This document shows, in pieces, positions 36,669 to 46,661 of a stretch of DNA of 64,000 nucleotides. The translations under genes and the position numbers were made by a program. Each line of letters starts with the position of its first letter. Position 1 is the first letter of the stretch. The DNA comes from an uncultured Eubacteriales bacterium (GTDB lineage: Bacteria; Bacillota; Clostridia; Christensenellales; Borkfalkiaceae). Location of the stretch: NCBI GenBank assembly GCA_959603585.1, contig CAUGYD010000006.1, forward strand, positions 46,288-110,287. Reading direction: 5' to 3'. Below the pieces are notes generated by a model that was given only the letters and a program-made list of their open reading frames with translations, was not told where the DNA came from and searched no databases.

Positions 36669-37799
36669 TTACGGAGAAATATCCCGAACAATAGAAAAGA
36701 CTGCATCGGCTTTTTGGCCGAGTCCGTAACATTCTTTTGCCGTTTCTTTCAGCTTTCTTGCGTCTGTACCTTTTGTCAGAAGGGGGAAGGATGACTTTCC
36801 CAAAGCGGACAAAACTGCTTCGCTTCCTTTTTTGAAGGATAAAAGATTGAGATAGAGAGGCTCCGTCATACATTTTTCAATGAAGTTACGGGAAATCCCG
36901 AGCAGATTATGCAAAAGAATTCTCCGTATTCTTGAAGACGTGTAACGTTTTGAGGTAACTTTTCCGACGATATCGGTTTCATTTCTCCACGCAGCTTTTT
37001 TCAGGGCGTTTTCCAGTCCTTCCGTACAGTCACAGATCGCCCTGATTTTTTCTGTATCTCTTTCGATTAACGCCGCCTTTTCGAGAATGGAAAGATAATT
37101 GGAGGTATGAGAGAGATCTCTTAATACAAATAGCGGAAGATTTCCCGAAAGGTGTTCGAATTCTTCTCTTTCGAGTGCGGCACGGATTGCCGAAGCGGAA
37201 GAAAAATTGTTTGAAAGAGTTGTTTCCGTATGCCCGTTTCCCTTTCGCTGTACGGGAAACAGGCGGCTTTTCGATTTTGCAAGAAGAAGAGCCTTGGCAT
37301 ATTCTATGCCGAGAATATTATTCGGTGTCGAGAGAAAATTTCGCGGAAATAAGTTCTTCCAAGCCTCAGTTCGCGCGCGGGCAAAACTGAATCCTTCTTT
37401 CAGAAGGCGTTTGATTTCGGCTGAAATCTCCGCGGGTTCCTCCAAAATTAACGAAGCGGCTTTGAAAAAAATATCTTCGTCTCCACTTTCGCACCCGAAG
37501 GAAAGCGCGGTGATTTCGGGAACGGAAGAGATAAGTTTTATTGCGCCTTTGGCGAAGAGCTCCGCCGGTGCAGACGAAAAGACGACGGGGAGCTCGACGA
37601 CGGCGTCGGCGCCTGCAAGGACGGCATGTTTCGCTCGGATATATTTTTCCAATACGGCGGCTTCTCCGCGCTGAACGAAATTTCCGCTCATGAAACAAAC
37701 GACGGCATCGGCGCCAGATTTTTTCTTCGCCGCATCCAATTGATAGAAATGTCCGTTATGAAAGGGGTTATATTCGCAAATTATCGCACAAATTTTCAT
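36669..37799 (-). CDS. tmcAL: tRNA(Met) cytidine acetate ligase (YlbM/UPF0348 nucleotidyltransferase)
   Basis: The N-terminus MKICAIICEYNPFHNGHFYQL shows an HxGH-type nucleotidyltransferase signature. Length is about 376 aa. An RBS AAAGGAAAGCGG precedes the chosen ATG. Confidence 0.7.
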   Translation of the reverse strand: MKICAIICEYNPFHNGHFYQLDAAKKKSGADAVVCFMSGNFVQRGEAAVLEKYIRAKHAVLAGADAVVELPVVFSSAPAELFAKGAIKLISSVPEITALSFGCESGDEDIFFKAASLILEEPAEISAEIKRLLKEGFSFARARTEAWKNLFPRNFLSTPNNILGIEYAKALLLAKSKSRLFPVQRKGNGHTETTLSNNFSSASAIRAALEREEFEHLSGNLPLFVLRDLSHTSNYLSILEKAALIERDTEKIRAICDCTEGLENALKKAAWRNETDIVGKVTSKRYTSSRIRRILLHNLLGISRNFIEKCMTEPLYLNLLSFKKGSEAVLSALGKSSFPLLTKGTDARKLKETAKECYGLGQKADAVFSIVRDISP

Positions 37800-37942
37800 T
37801 TTACCGCTTTCCTTTTCCTTTACAACCCGCAAAATGTGTGCTATAATTAAATCCGATAGAAAATCGGAACGGGTTTATTTTTTTCAAGATTTATTATACA
37901 CGAAAGTCAAAAAGAAATAAAGCGTTTCCAAGGAGATATTTT

Positions 37943-38941
37943 ATGAAGAACGTTCTTGATGAAATCAAAACAAAGGCGAAGGCTCTGCACAAGAAAATCG
38001 TCTTGTGCGAGGGCGAGGATAAGCGCGTCGTAAAAGCGGCTTCCGACGCGACGAAAGAAGGAATTGCCGAAATCGTCCTGCTTGGCGACGAAACGACAAT
38101 AAAAGCAGAAAATCCCGAAGTAGACCTTACGGAGGTGACCGTCGTCAATCCGCTAACTTCTCCCCGCCTTGCGGAATATAATGCTAAACTCTGCGAGCTG
38201 CGTGCCTCCAAGGGCATGACGCCGGAACAGGCGGCGAAACTTCTGACGGACGGAACCTATTTCGGCGCCATGATGCTGAAAATGGGCGAGGTGGACGGAC
38301 TTGTTTCCGGAGCGTGCCATTCGACCGCCAATACACTTCGTCCCGGACTTCAGATCATAAAGACCGCGAAGGGAGTTTCCTCCGTTTCCAGTTTCAATCT
38401 CATGATTTGCCCTCCTCAGGGAAACCAGTATTGTCCTGACGGTTTAGTCGTGTTTGCGGACTGCGGTCTCAATCCCACTTATACCAGCGAAGGATTGGCG
38501 GATTGCGCCATTGCTACGGCGAAATCCGCGCGTGAAATCGCGGGAATCGAGCCGAAGGTCGCCATGCTCTCCTTCTCGACAAAGGGTAGCGCAAAGCACG
38601 ATAACGTGACGATGGTCGCGGAAGCCGTAAAAATCGCAAAAGAGAAGGCTCCTGACTTAAAGCTCGACGGCGAACTCCAATTCGATGCCGCCATCGTTCC
38701 TTCCGTGGGCGAATTCAAGGCTCCCGGCTCTCCGGTCGCCGGACATGCCAATGTGTTCATTTTTCCCGATTTGCAGGCGGGAAACATCGGCTACAAAATT
38801 GCGGAACGCCTCGGCGGCTTTATGGCAGTAGGTCCTATCTGCCAAGGCTTTGCAAAGCCCTTGAACGATCTTTCGAGAGGTTGTAAATCGGAAGATATTG
38901 TCGCCGCAATTGCTATCACCGCTCTTCAAACACAGTTTTAA
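37943..38941 (+). CDS. pta: Phosphate acetyltransferase
   Basis: The Pta core pattern is present (GLVSGACHSTANTLRPGLQIIKT, SRGCKSEDIVAAIAITA). Total length is 332 aa. Confidence 0.9.
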   Translation: MKNVLDEIKTKAKALHKKIVLCEGEDKRVVKAASDATKEGIAEIVLLGDETTIKAENPEVDLTEVTVVNPLTSPRLAEYNAKLCELRASKGMTPEQAAKLLTDGTYFGAMMLKMGEVDGLVSGACHSTANTLRPGLQIIKTAKGVSSVSSFNLMICPPQGNQYCPDGLVVFADCGLNPTYTSEGLADCAIATAKSAREIAGIEPKVAMLSFSTKGSAKHDNVTMVAEAVKIAKEKAPDLKLDGELQFDAAIVPSVGEFKAPGSPVAGHANVFIFPDLQAGNIGYKIAERLGGFMAVGPICQGFAKPLNDLSRGCKSEDIVAAIAITALQTQF

Positions 38942-38953
38942 GCGGAGGAAAAC

Positions 38954-40147
38954 ATGAAAATTCTAGTCATCAATTCGGGAAGTTCCTCCCTTAAATATCA
39001 ACTCATCGACATGGAGACGGAAGCGGTGCTCGCAAAGGGAAACTGCGAACGTATCGGAATCGAAGGCTCCAAACTCACGCATAAGGCAAAGGGTAAAGAA
39101 GTTGAAATTCAACAGCCCATGCCTAACCATAACGTAGCCGTCCAGTTGGTTTTGAAAGAACTCACGGATAAAGAAGCCGGCGTCATTTCTTCCATGGACG
39201 AAATCGATGCGGTGGGGCATCGCGTCGTCGCTTCGGGCGAAGCGTTCAAAAAGACGACCTTAGTTACGCCCGAAGCCATGGTTTTAATGGAAGAAATCAA
39301 AGATTTGGCTCCCTTGCACAATCCCGCCGCAATCGTCGGGGTCAAGGCTTGTCAGGCGGCTATGCCCAAGACGCCCATGGCGCTCGTATTCGATACGGGA
39401 TTTCATTTTACCATGCCCGATTATGCATATATGTACGCCGTGGATTATGCGCACTATGAAAAGTATAAAGTAAGAAGATACGGCGCGCACGGAACCAGCC
39501 ATAAATTCGTTTCGAGAGAAGCCGCAAAATATCTCGGCAAAAAGCCCGAGGAACTGAAAATTATCACCTGCCATCTCGGAAACGGCTCTTCGATTACGGC
39601 GGTAAACGGCGGAAAATGCGTGGATACTTCTATGGGCTTTACGCCGCTTGCAGGCGTTCCCATGGGAACGCGGAGCGGAGACATCGATTACGCCGCGGCG
39701 GAATATATCGCCAAAAAGGAAGGCATGGATGTTTCGGAAATGCTCACTTATCTCAATAAAAAATGCGGTATGCTCGGAGTTTCCGGCGTTTCCAGCGATT
39801 TCCGCGATCTTACGGCTGCGGCCGCTCAGGGCAACAAGCGGGCGGCGCTTGCGCTCGAAATGTTCTCTTACTCCTGCAAAAAGTATGTAGGTGCGTATGC
39901 GGCGGCAATGAACGGCGTAGACTGTATCGTCTTTACGGCGGGAGTCGGAGAAAATACTCCCGGCGTAAGAAAGGGAATCTGTGAAAACATGCAGTATCTC
40001 GGCCTGGAAATCGACGAAGAGAAGAACGCGGAGAAGAATAACGGCAGTATCCGCGACATTACCGGAAAGAATTCCAAAGTCAAAGTTTTGATTATTCCTA
40101 CCAATGAAGAGCTCGTTATTGCGAGAGAAACCATGGAATTGCTGTAA
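38954..40147 (+). CDS. ackA: Acetate kinase
   Basis: The motifs MKILVINSGSSSLKYQL, VGHRVVASGE and ITCHLGNGSS are present. Confidence 0.95.
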   Translation: MKILVINSGSSSLKYQLIDMETEAVLAKGNCERIGIEGSKLTHKAKGKEVEIQQPMPNHNVAVQLVLKELTDKEAGVISSMDEIDAVGHRVVASGEAFKKTTLVTPEAMVLMEEIKDLAPLHNPAAIVGVKACQAAMPKTPMALVFDTGFHFTMPDYAYMYAVDYAHYEKYKVRRYGAHGTSHKFVSREAAKYLGKKPEELKIITCHLGNGSSITAVNGGKCVDTSMGFTPLAGVPMGTRSGDIDYAAAEYIAKKEGMDVSEMLTYLNKKCGMLGVSGVSSDFRDLTAAAAQGNKRAALALEMFSYSCKKYVGAYAAAMNGVDCIVFTAGVGENTPGVRKGICENMQYLGLEIDEEKNAEKNNGSIRDITGKNSKVKVLIIPTNEELVIARETMELL

Positions 40148-40218
40148 AATTTGCGTAAATTCCTTAAAAAAAAGTTGACAAACGGTCGGAAATATAATAT
40201 ACTTTTATAGTCGGTTTT

Positions 40219-40626
40219 ATGATGATTATCGATGTGAGAAAACTCAATGCGCAGAAGAAGTATTCGGGGACGCTTGAATTTGAATACGAAGCTCCCGAAA
40301 ATCTGATTGATATTCCCTTCGTGAAGTTTTCCTCTCCCGTAAAGGTTGAGGCGGAATATGAGCTTTTCGAGGACGATTCGCTGGAACTGCGGGGAAAAAT
40401 TCTCTATACGCTCGAAGGACAGTGTTCCAGATGCCTCAAAGAAACTTCCGAGAGAGTGGAAGGGGAATTAGACGCTTATTTCCAACCCTTTAAGGACGGA
40501 GAAGATTATGCCTATTCGGGCGGCGTCATCGATCTTACGAATGCGGTCAACGACGCGATTATGTCGAGTATGCCGCGTACGCTCTCCTGCGGCGAAAATT
40601 GTCAGGACATTCGGTACACAAATTAA
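40219..40626 (+). CDS. YceD/DUF177 family protein (23S rRNA accumulation protein)
   Basis: A 135-aa ORF with the CxRC...C motif (CSRCLKE...CGENC), lying immediately upstream of rpmF in a conserved syntenic pair. Confidence 0.7.
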   Translation: MMIIDVRKLNAQKKYSGTLEFEYEAPENLIDIPFVKFSSPVKVEAEYELFEDDSLELRGKILYTLEGQCSRCLKETSERVEGELDAYFQPFKDGEDYAYSGGVIDLTNAVNDAIMSSMPRTLSCGENCQDIRYTN

Positions 40627-40667
40627 ACGGCGGAAAAATCAAAGAATATTAAACAAGAGGTGTAAAT

Positions 40668-40859
40668 ATGGCAGTACCCAAGCGTAAACAATCCAAGAGC
40701 AGAACGAATAAAAGATTTGCGAATTATAAAGCGACGGCTTCCACGTTGGTGGAATGCCCTCATTGCCACGAATTGACCGAGGCGCACAGAGTCTGCAAAA
40801 ATTGCGGCTACTATGACGGCGTGGAAGTCGTTTCTCAGAAAGAAGACAAGAAAAACTAA
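40668..40859 (+). CDS. rpmF: 50S ribosomal protein L32
   Basis: The N-terminus MAVPKRKQSKSRTNKR and the zinc ribbon CPHCHE...CKNCG are present. Confidence 0.9.
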   Translation: MAVPKRKQSKSRTNKRFANYKATASTLVECPHCHELTEAHRVCKNCGYYDGVEVVSQKEDKKN

Positions 40860-40967
40860 TTAATCGTCTGAATCGCATATTTGGGCGGGTTGCGTCAGCA
40901 TCCCGCTTTTTTGCGTTATCGCTTTTTCAAAATTTTATTTTTATACCGTGGTTAATAATGGAAACGC

Positions 40968-40997
40968 TTGACAGTTTTTATGCGGATATGTTATAAT
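40968..40997 (+). promoter_or_regulatory. Sigma-A type promoter for copA
   Basis: The -35 TTGACA (40968-40973) and -10 TATAAT (40992-40997) are separated by 18 nt. The rpmF terminator hairpin GCGGG...CCCGC plus T6 lies at about 40884-40912. Confidence 0.5.
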
Positions 40998-41025
40998 GAG
41001 GTGCTTAAAAAGCGAAGGAGTTTTC

Positions 41026-43467
41026 ATGAAAGAAAAATTTACGGTAACCGGAATGACGTGTTCCGCGTGTTCCGCAGGTATAGAGCGAACCTTAAATAAA
41101 ATGGAAGGGATTATAAAAGCCGAAGTCTCTTTGATGGGCGAATCGATGAACGTCGAATATGACGAAACCGCCGTCACCCGCGAACAGATTATTGCTGCCG
41201 TAAAAGGCTTGGGCTACGGCGCGTCTCTGTTCGACGCTTCTGAGTGGAAAAAGAAGAAGCCCCAATCGAATACGCTCAAACGGCGTTTTTTCATTTCCCT
41301 GATTTTTCTCTTCCCGTTGCTTTACTTTTCCATGGGCGGAATGATAGGCCTTCCTCAACCCTCTGACGTCGTAAATTATACGATACAGCTCGTATTGACG
41401 ATTATTATCGTCGTCATTAATTTTCGCTTTTTTACGAGCGGGACGAAAGCGCTTTTGAAGCGTGTCCCGAATATGGATACGCTGGTTTCTTTGGGCTCGG
41501 CGGCTTCCTTTATTTACAGTCTGGTATTGACGATTCGCATATATGCGGGAAGCCTTGCTCACGCGCATATGTTCTATGAGTCGGCGGCGATGATTTTAAC
41601 GCTCGTCACGCTCGGAAAATGGCTGGAAGAAAAATCCCGCCGCAAAACGGGCGAAGAAGTGGAAAAACTCATTAAACTCATGCCGGACACCGTGACGGTC
41701 GAAAGAAACGGAGTACAATCAGCCATCGCATTTTCCGAAATTGTTGCCGGTGACCTTCTCGTCGTAAAGCAGGGCGATTATATTCCAGTAGACGGGAAAA
41801 TCGTCGAAGGACATGCGTTTGTAGACAGAGCGGCGATTACGGGCGAAAGCATGCCCGTCGAGCTCGGGGAGGGCGACGCCGTGACGGGCGCGGATATCGT
41901 CAAGAGCGGTTTTGTCAAAGTCGTTGCGGAAAAGGTAGGGGCGGAAACCACGCTTTCCCGGATCGTCCGCATGGTAAAAGAAGCCGGAGCGAGCAAGGCT
42001 CCGTTGCAGAAGATTGCCGATAAAATCGCGGGGATATTCGTTCCCGCCGTCACGTTCATCGCATTGATCACTTTTGCCGTATGGTTTATAATGACAAAGG
42101 ATGTCGGCTCCGCCGCAAATTATGCCATCAGCGTCCTCGTGATTTCCTGCCCCTGCGCTCTCGGACTCGCTACACCCGTAGCGGTCATGGCGGCGACGGG
42201 CAAGGGGATGTCGTTGGGTATTTTATATAAAGACGCAGAGGCTCTGCAAAAGGCTCAGAACGTAAACTGCGTACTTCTCGACAAGACGGCAACTCTCACG
42301 GTCGGCGCGCCTCAGGTGACCGATTTTGAGCTTTTGGCGGGCGAAGAAAAATTTGTTTTGGGGCTTGCGGCTTCCATAGAGGCCCATTCCAATCATCCGA
42401 TTGCGGAATGCGTCAGAGCCTATGCCCAAGGAAAGGCGCCCGAAGCAAATTTCAAGACGGAGAACTATCGTTACGAAATGGGAAAGGGGGCGTCGGCGGA
42501 ATACGGAGGCATGGTGTATCGGCTGGGCAATCGGAAGCTGCTCGGAAATACGATTCAGAAATATGCTTATGAGCGGGAGAAGTTTTATTCCAAAGAAGGA
42601 AAGACGGTCGTATTCTTAGCCGACGACAAACGAATTTTGGCGATCTTTGCGATTGCGGATACCTTGAAAGAAACCAGTGCCGAAGCGATAGAGGAGCTGA
42701 AAGCAAGGAAAATCCGCGTGGCAATGCTCACAGGCGACAGTGAAAACGTGGCGAAGGCAATCGCGGAAAAGGTCGGGATTAAGGAATATTTTGCGGAAGC
42801 GCTCCCCGAAGATAAAACGAAAGCCGTGGAGCGCGTCAGGGAAGTGGGCGGATATGTCGCGATGGTCGGAGACGGAATCAATGACAGTCCCGCCCTGAAA
42901 GCCGCCGATGTGGGTGTAGCAATGGGAACGGGTACGGATATTGCAATCGACAGCGCGGACGTCGTTTTGGTAAGCGGGGATTTGCGCTCGGTAAGTACGA
43001 TGGTGGATTTAAGCAAAGCGGCTGTAAGGAATATCAAGGAAAATCTTTTCTGGGCATTTATTTATAATTGCATCGCGATTCCCGTCGCCGCCGGGGTGTT
43101 TTCCTTTGCGAATATCGAACTCAATCCCATGATTGCCGCGGCATGCATGAGTTTAAGCTCGCTTTTCGTGGTGGGAAACGCGCTTCGGCTCACGCGGTTC
43201 GGCAAATCGAAAAAGTCAAAAAATAAGAAATCCATTGAGCGTAAGGAGACAAATACAATGACAAAGACTTTGAAAATCGAAGGAATGATGTGTAACCATT
43301 GCGTAATGCATGTGACGAAGGCGCTGGAAGGCGTCTCGGGAGTAGAGAAAGCAGACGTCAATCTCAAAAAGAAGACGGCCGTCGTGACGCTTGGCACGGA
43401 GGTGGACGATGCGGTACTGACCGCGGCGGTAAAAGAAGCGGGATACGAGGTCAAAGAAATCTCCTGA
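41026..43467 (+). CDS. copA: Copper-translocating P1B-type ATPase with N-terminal and additional C-terminal HMA metal-binding domains
   Basis: The N-terminal HMA has GMTCSACSAGIE. The CPC, DKTGT and GDGINDSPAL motifs are present. After the last TM helix the ORF continues in frame into a second HMA domain (MTKTLKIEGMMCNHCVMHV...GYEVKEIS). The start was moved to the ATG at 41026 (RBS AAGGAG) because the 40996 ATG lies inside the -10 box. Confidence 0.85.
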   Translation: MKEKFTVTGMTCSACSAGIERTLNKMEGIIKAEVSLMGESMNVEYDETAVTREQIIAAVKGLGYGASLFDASEWKKKKPQSNTLKRRFFISLIFLFPLLYFSMGGMIGLPQPSDVVNYTIQLVLTIIIVVINFRFFTSGTKALLKRVPNMDTLVSLGSAASFIYSLVLTIRIYAGSLAHAHMFYESAAMILTLVTLGKWLEEKSRRKTGEEVEKLIKLMPDTVTVERNGVQSAIAFSEIVAGDLLVVKQGDYIPVDGKIVEGHAFVDRAAITGESMPVELGEGDAVTGADIVKSGFVKVVAEKVGAETTLSRIVRMVKEAGASKAPLQKIADKIAGIFVPAVTFIALITFAVWFIMTKDVGSAANYAISVLVISCPCALGLATPVAVMAATGKGMSLGILYKDAEALQKAQNVNCVLLDKTATLTVGAPQVTDFELLAGEEKFVLGLAASIEAHSNHPIAECVRAYAQGKAPEANFKTENYRYEMGKGASAEYGGMVYRLGNRKLLGNTIQKYAYEREKFYSKEGKTVVFLADDKRILAIFAIADTLKETSAEAIEELKARKIRVAMLTGDSENVAKAIAEKVGIKEYFAEALPEDKTKAVERVREVGGYVAMVGDGINDSPALKAADVGVAMGTGTDIAIDSADVVLVSGDLRSVSTMVDLSKAAVRNIKENLFWAFIYNCIAIPVAAGVFSFANIELNPMIAAACMSLSSLFVVGNALRLTRFGKSKKSKNKKSIERKETNTMTKTLKIEGMMCNHCVMHVTKALEGVSGVEKADVNLKKKTAVVTLGTEVDDAVLTAAVKEAGYEVKEIS

Positions 43468-43571
43468 ACGGTAAAGTGACAAAATAAATTTTTTCACGAC
43501 AAAAACAGACAGGCAGAGTACGGTTGTATATGTTATCATATTCCCGACGAAACATATAGGAGGGAATACAT

Positions 43572-43910
43572 ATGTCCGAAATGCTGCTTCTCGATAAACG
43601 CACACAGGGGCTTATCGAGGATTACGTCCCGCAGGGAGATATCCTCGAAGGCGTCGTGTGCTTTTTTTCCGTCTTTGCCGACTATACGCGGGTGAAGATC
43701 TTATCCGCTCTGGCAATCAGCGAACTTTGCGTCACCGATCTTTCGAGAATTCTCGATATCAATCAGACGACCGTCTCACATCAGCTCCGATTTTTGAAGA
43801 GTGCGGGCATCGTCAAATGCTGCCGACAGGGAAAAGTCATCTTTTACAGTCTTACAAACGACTCCGTCAACGACGTTTTGCTCAAAGGAATAGAGTTTTT
43901 GGGCTGTTAG
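43572..43910 (+). CDS. ArsR/SmtB-family metalloregulatory transcription factor
   Basis: The winged HTH segment ELCVTDLSRILDINQTTVSHQLRFLKSAGIV is present. It lies downstream of copA. Confidence 0.65.
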   Translation: MSEMLLLDKRTQGLIEDYVPQGDILEGVVCFFSVFADYTRVKILSALAISELCVTDLSRILDINQTTVSHQLRFLKSAGIVKCCRQGKVIFYSLTNDSVNDVLLKGIEFLGC

Positions 43911-44012
43911 CAAATTATTTTCCTCGTATCTCTTGCAAAATCGCGCGATTTGGTATATAATAAATAAAGGTAGCGGAAAGGCTCGGATTGCCCTTCCGCT
44001 TTTCGGAGCATT

Positions 44013-45824
44013 ATGGGCGAATTACAGGAGAAACTCAAACTTCTGCCCGACAATCCGGGCGTATATATCATGCTGGATAAGGACGGCGTGGTGATTTATG
44101 TCGGAAAGGCGCGCGTTCTCAAAAATCGGGTGCGGCAATACTTCCACGGCTCGGAGAAGCCCGAGAAGGTCGCGGCGATGGTGGAGCATATCGCGGACTT
44201 TTACTATATCATCACGGGTTCGGAAATAGACGCCCTGGCGCTCGAAAACAATCTCATCAAAAAATACAAGCCGAAATATAATATCCTTTTGAAGGACGAT
44301 AAGACTTATCCCTATATCAAGGCGCACACAAAGGAGGATTTTCCTCGTTTTTCCATTACCCGAAAAATCAAAAAGCGGGACGGAAAATATTTCGGTCCGT
44401 TTATGGGCGGAATCCGCTGTAAAGATATTCTCGACGTGGCGGCGTCCGTCTATAACGTCCGTCTGTGCTCGGTGACGATCGGCGAAAAACCGAAAAAGCC
44501 CTGTCTCGCATATCACCTTCACCGTTGTCTTGCTCCGTGCGCGCATTTGTGCACGCAAGAAGAATACGGCGAACGGGTAAAACAGGCTTTGGCGTTTCTC
44601 GACGGCAACTACGAAGAAGCGGAAAAAATCCTGAAAGAAAAAATGATGCAGTTTGCGGCGAACGAGGAATTTGAACTCGCCATGGAATATCGGGAAAAGC
44701 TGGCTATGCTTTCCAAATTGAAGTTGAAGCGTATCACTTCTCTCAACCGCTGTATCAATGCGGATATTATCGCCTTAAAGACGAATAATCTCTATTCCGC
44801 GGTCAATATCCTCATTACGCGCGGCGGAATCATGCAGGGCGGAAGCAATTTTGCTTTGGAGGACGCATCTCTTTCCGATGCGGACGCGCTCACGGCTTTC
44901 ATCGTACAGTATTACTCCGCTCATGAGATTCCCGAAGAAATTATCACGTCGGAATACTGCGAAAAAGAGCTTCTCGAAAATTTCTTTTTGGAAAACTTTG
45001 AAAAGAAAGTGGACGTCGTCTTTGCCAAACAAGGCGTGCGGAAGAAGCTCCTCGAAATGGCGGAAAAGAATGCCGAGGAATACCTTTCCAAATCCATCGA
45101 TAAAATCAAGCACAAGGACGATATGACCAAAAACGCCTGTGCCCGCATGAAGGAAATTTTAGGGCTTTCCCGCTATCCCAAGCGCATGGAATGTTACGAT
45201 ATTTCCAACATCAGCGGAGTGGACAAGGTGGGTTCCATGGTCGTATTTTCGGACGGTGAGCCCGACCGAATGAGCTATCGGCGTTTCAAAATCAAGACAG
45301 TCGAGGGTGCCAACGACTTTGCGTCTTTGCAGGAAGTACTCAGACGACGGCTTTCCAAGCTGGGAACAGAGGAAGAATCCCGTTTTCCGAAGCCCGACCT
45401 CATCATTATCGACGGCGGCAAGGGACAGCTTTCCTCGGTGCAGGAAATCTTTGACGAAATGCATATCGAGGGAATCGACCTTATTTCCCTCGCCAAGCGG
45501 GAAGAGGAAGTCTTTACTTCTTTTTCCGACGAAAGCATAAAGATCGATCATCGGGATTACGTCCTCAAAATGCTCCAAAGAATCCGGGACGAAGCACACC
45601 GATTTGCCATTACCTATTTCAGAAATCTCCATTCCAAGAGAAACCTCGCTTCGGTGTTGTCGGAAATCGAAGGCGTAGGCAAGAAAAAACAGCTCGCGCT
45701 CATGGAGAAGTTCGGTACGATAGACAAGATCATGCATGCAAGCCTTCAAGAACTTTGCGAAGCGGAAGGAATCGGCGAAGAACTTGCAAAACGCATCAAA
45801 TTTTATTTCGAGGAAAAATTATAA
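44013..45824 (+). CDS. uvrC: Excinuclease ABC subunit C
   Basis: The GIY-YIG N-terminus (PGVYIMLDKDGVVIYVGKA), a UvrBC domain and an Endo V plus HhH C-terminus are present. Total length is 603 aa. Confidence 0.9.
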   Translation: MGELQEKLKLLPDNPGVYIMLDKDGVVIYVGKARVLKNRVRQYFHGSEKPEKVAAMVEHIADFYYIITGSEIDALALENNLIKKYKPKYNILLKDDKTYPYIKAHTKEDFPRFSITRKIKKRDGKYFGPFMGGIRCKDILDVAASVYNVRLCSVTIGEKPKKPCLAYHLHRCLAPCAHLCTQEEYGERVKQALAFLDGNYEEAEKILKEKMMQFAANEEFELAMEYREKLAMLSKLKLKRITSLNRCINADIIALKTNNLYSAVNILITRGGIMQGGSNFALEDASLSDADALTAFIVQYYSAHEIPEEIITSEYCEKELLENFFLENFEKKVDVVFAKQGVRKKLLEMAEKNAEEYLSKSIDKIKHKDDMTKNACARMKEILGLSRYPKRMECYDISNISGVDKVGSMVVFSDGEPDRMSYRRFKIKTVEGANDFASLQEVLRRRLSKLGTEEESRFPKPDLIIIDGGKGQLSSVQEIFDEMHIEGIDLISLAKREEEVFTSFSDESIKIDHRDYVLKMLQRIRDEAHRFAITYFRNLHSKRNLASVLSEIEGVGKKKQLALMEKFGTIDKIMHASLQELCEAEGIGEELAKRIKFYFEEKL

Positions 45825-45827
45825 CTT

Positions 45828-46661
45828 ATGCGAAAGATAAATTATCCATTGATAATTTCCGATTTTGACGGAACTTTGCTCCGCACCGACGGGACAATCT
45901 CTGCGGAAACGAAATCCGCGATCGACGGTTATATCGCGGCGGGCGGTACTTTCGGTATCTGCACGGGAAGAATGACAGGCTCTATTTTGCCCCGCGCCAA
46001 AGAACTCGGGCTGAAAGGATTGGTGTCCTCCTATCAAGGTTCAGTCATCACGGACATCGAGAGCGGGAAATTGCTCGTGGACGGTTATATTCCCGCCGAG
46101 AACGCCGCCGAAATCTGCCGCGTTTTTGAGGGGCTGAATCTCCATACGCATGTATATACTCTGGACGAATTTTTCGTCAATCGGCAGGACGAAGCGCTTG
46201 AAATGTATGAAAACGTGTGTAAGGTCAAAGGTAACGTCGTTACGGATGAGCCGCTTTCTTCCTTTGTTCTCAAAAAGGGCTTCAAGGTACGCAAAGTACT
46301 CGCCATGGTATATCCCGAGGAAAAGAAACGTATTTTCGGTATCGTCTCCGAAGCGCTCGGCGATAAATTTTACGTCACATACAGTGCCGCGAGTCTTGTC
46401 GAAATCACGAGCAGGCAATATTCCAAAGGCACGGCCGTCAGGTTCATGGCGGATTATTACGGCGTTCCCGTCGAAAAGACGATCGCCGCGGGCGACAGTC
46501 TGAACGATTTGCCCATGCTGGAAGCCGCGGGGCTGGGAATTGCGGTAAAGAACGCCGACGAGGCCTTGAAGGATAAAGCGCTGGCATTTGAATATTCCAA
46601 CGACGAAAACGCTATCGGAAAAATTATTGAAACATACGGATTTACGGGAGAAAAAGAATGA
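45828..46661 (+). CDS. Cof-type HAD-IIB family hydrolase
   Basis: The DxD motif (ISDFDGTLL) and the C-terminal GDSLNDLPML are present. Confidence 0.75.
   Translation: MRKINYPLIISDFDGTLLRTDGTISAETKSAIDGYIAAGGTFGICTGRMTGSILPRAKELGLKGLVSSYQGSVITDIESGKLLVDGYIPAENAAEICRVFEGLNLHTHVYTLDEFFVNRQDEALEMYENVCKVKGNVVTDEPLSSFVLKKGFKVRKVLAMVYPEEKKRIFGIVSEALGDKFYVTYSAASLVEITSRQYSKGTAVRFMADYYGVPVEKTIAAGDSLNDLPMLEAAGLGIAVKNADEALKDKALAFEYSNDENAIGKIIETYGFTGEKE

Noticed and set aside
40996-41025. The ORF-track start of copA at 40996 (MRCLKSEGVF...).
   Set aside because: That ATG lies inside the predicted -10 box (ttataATGagg). The start at 41026 is used because it has an AAGGAG RBS and begins the HMA domain.
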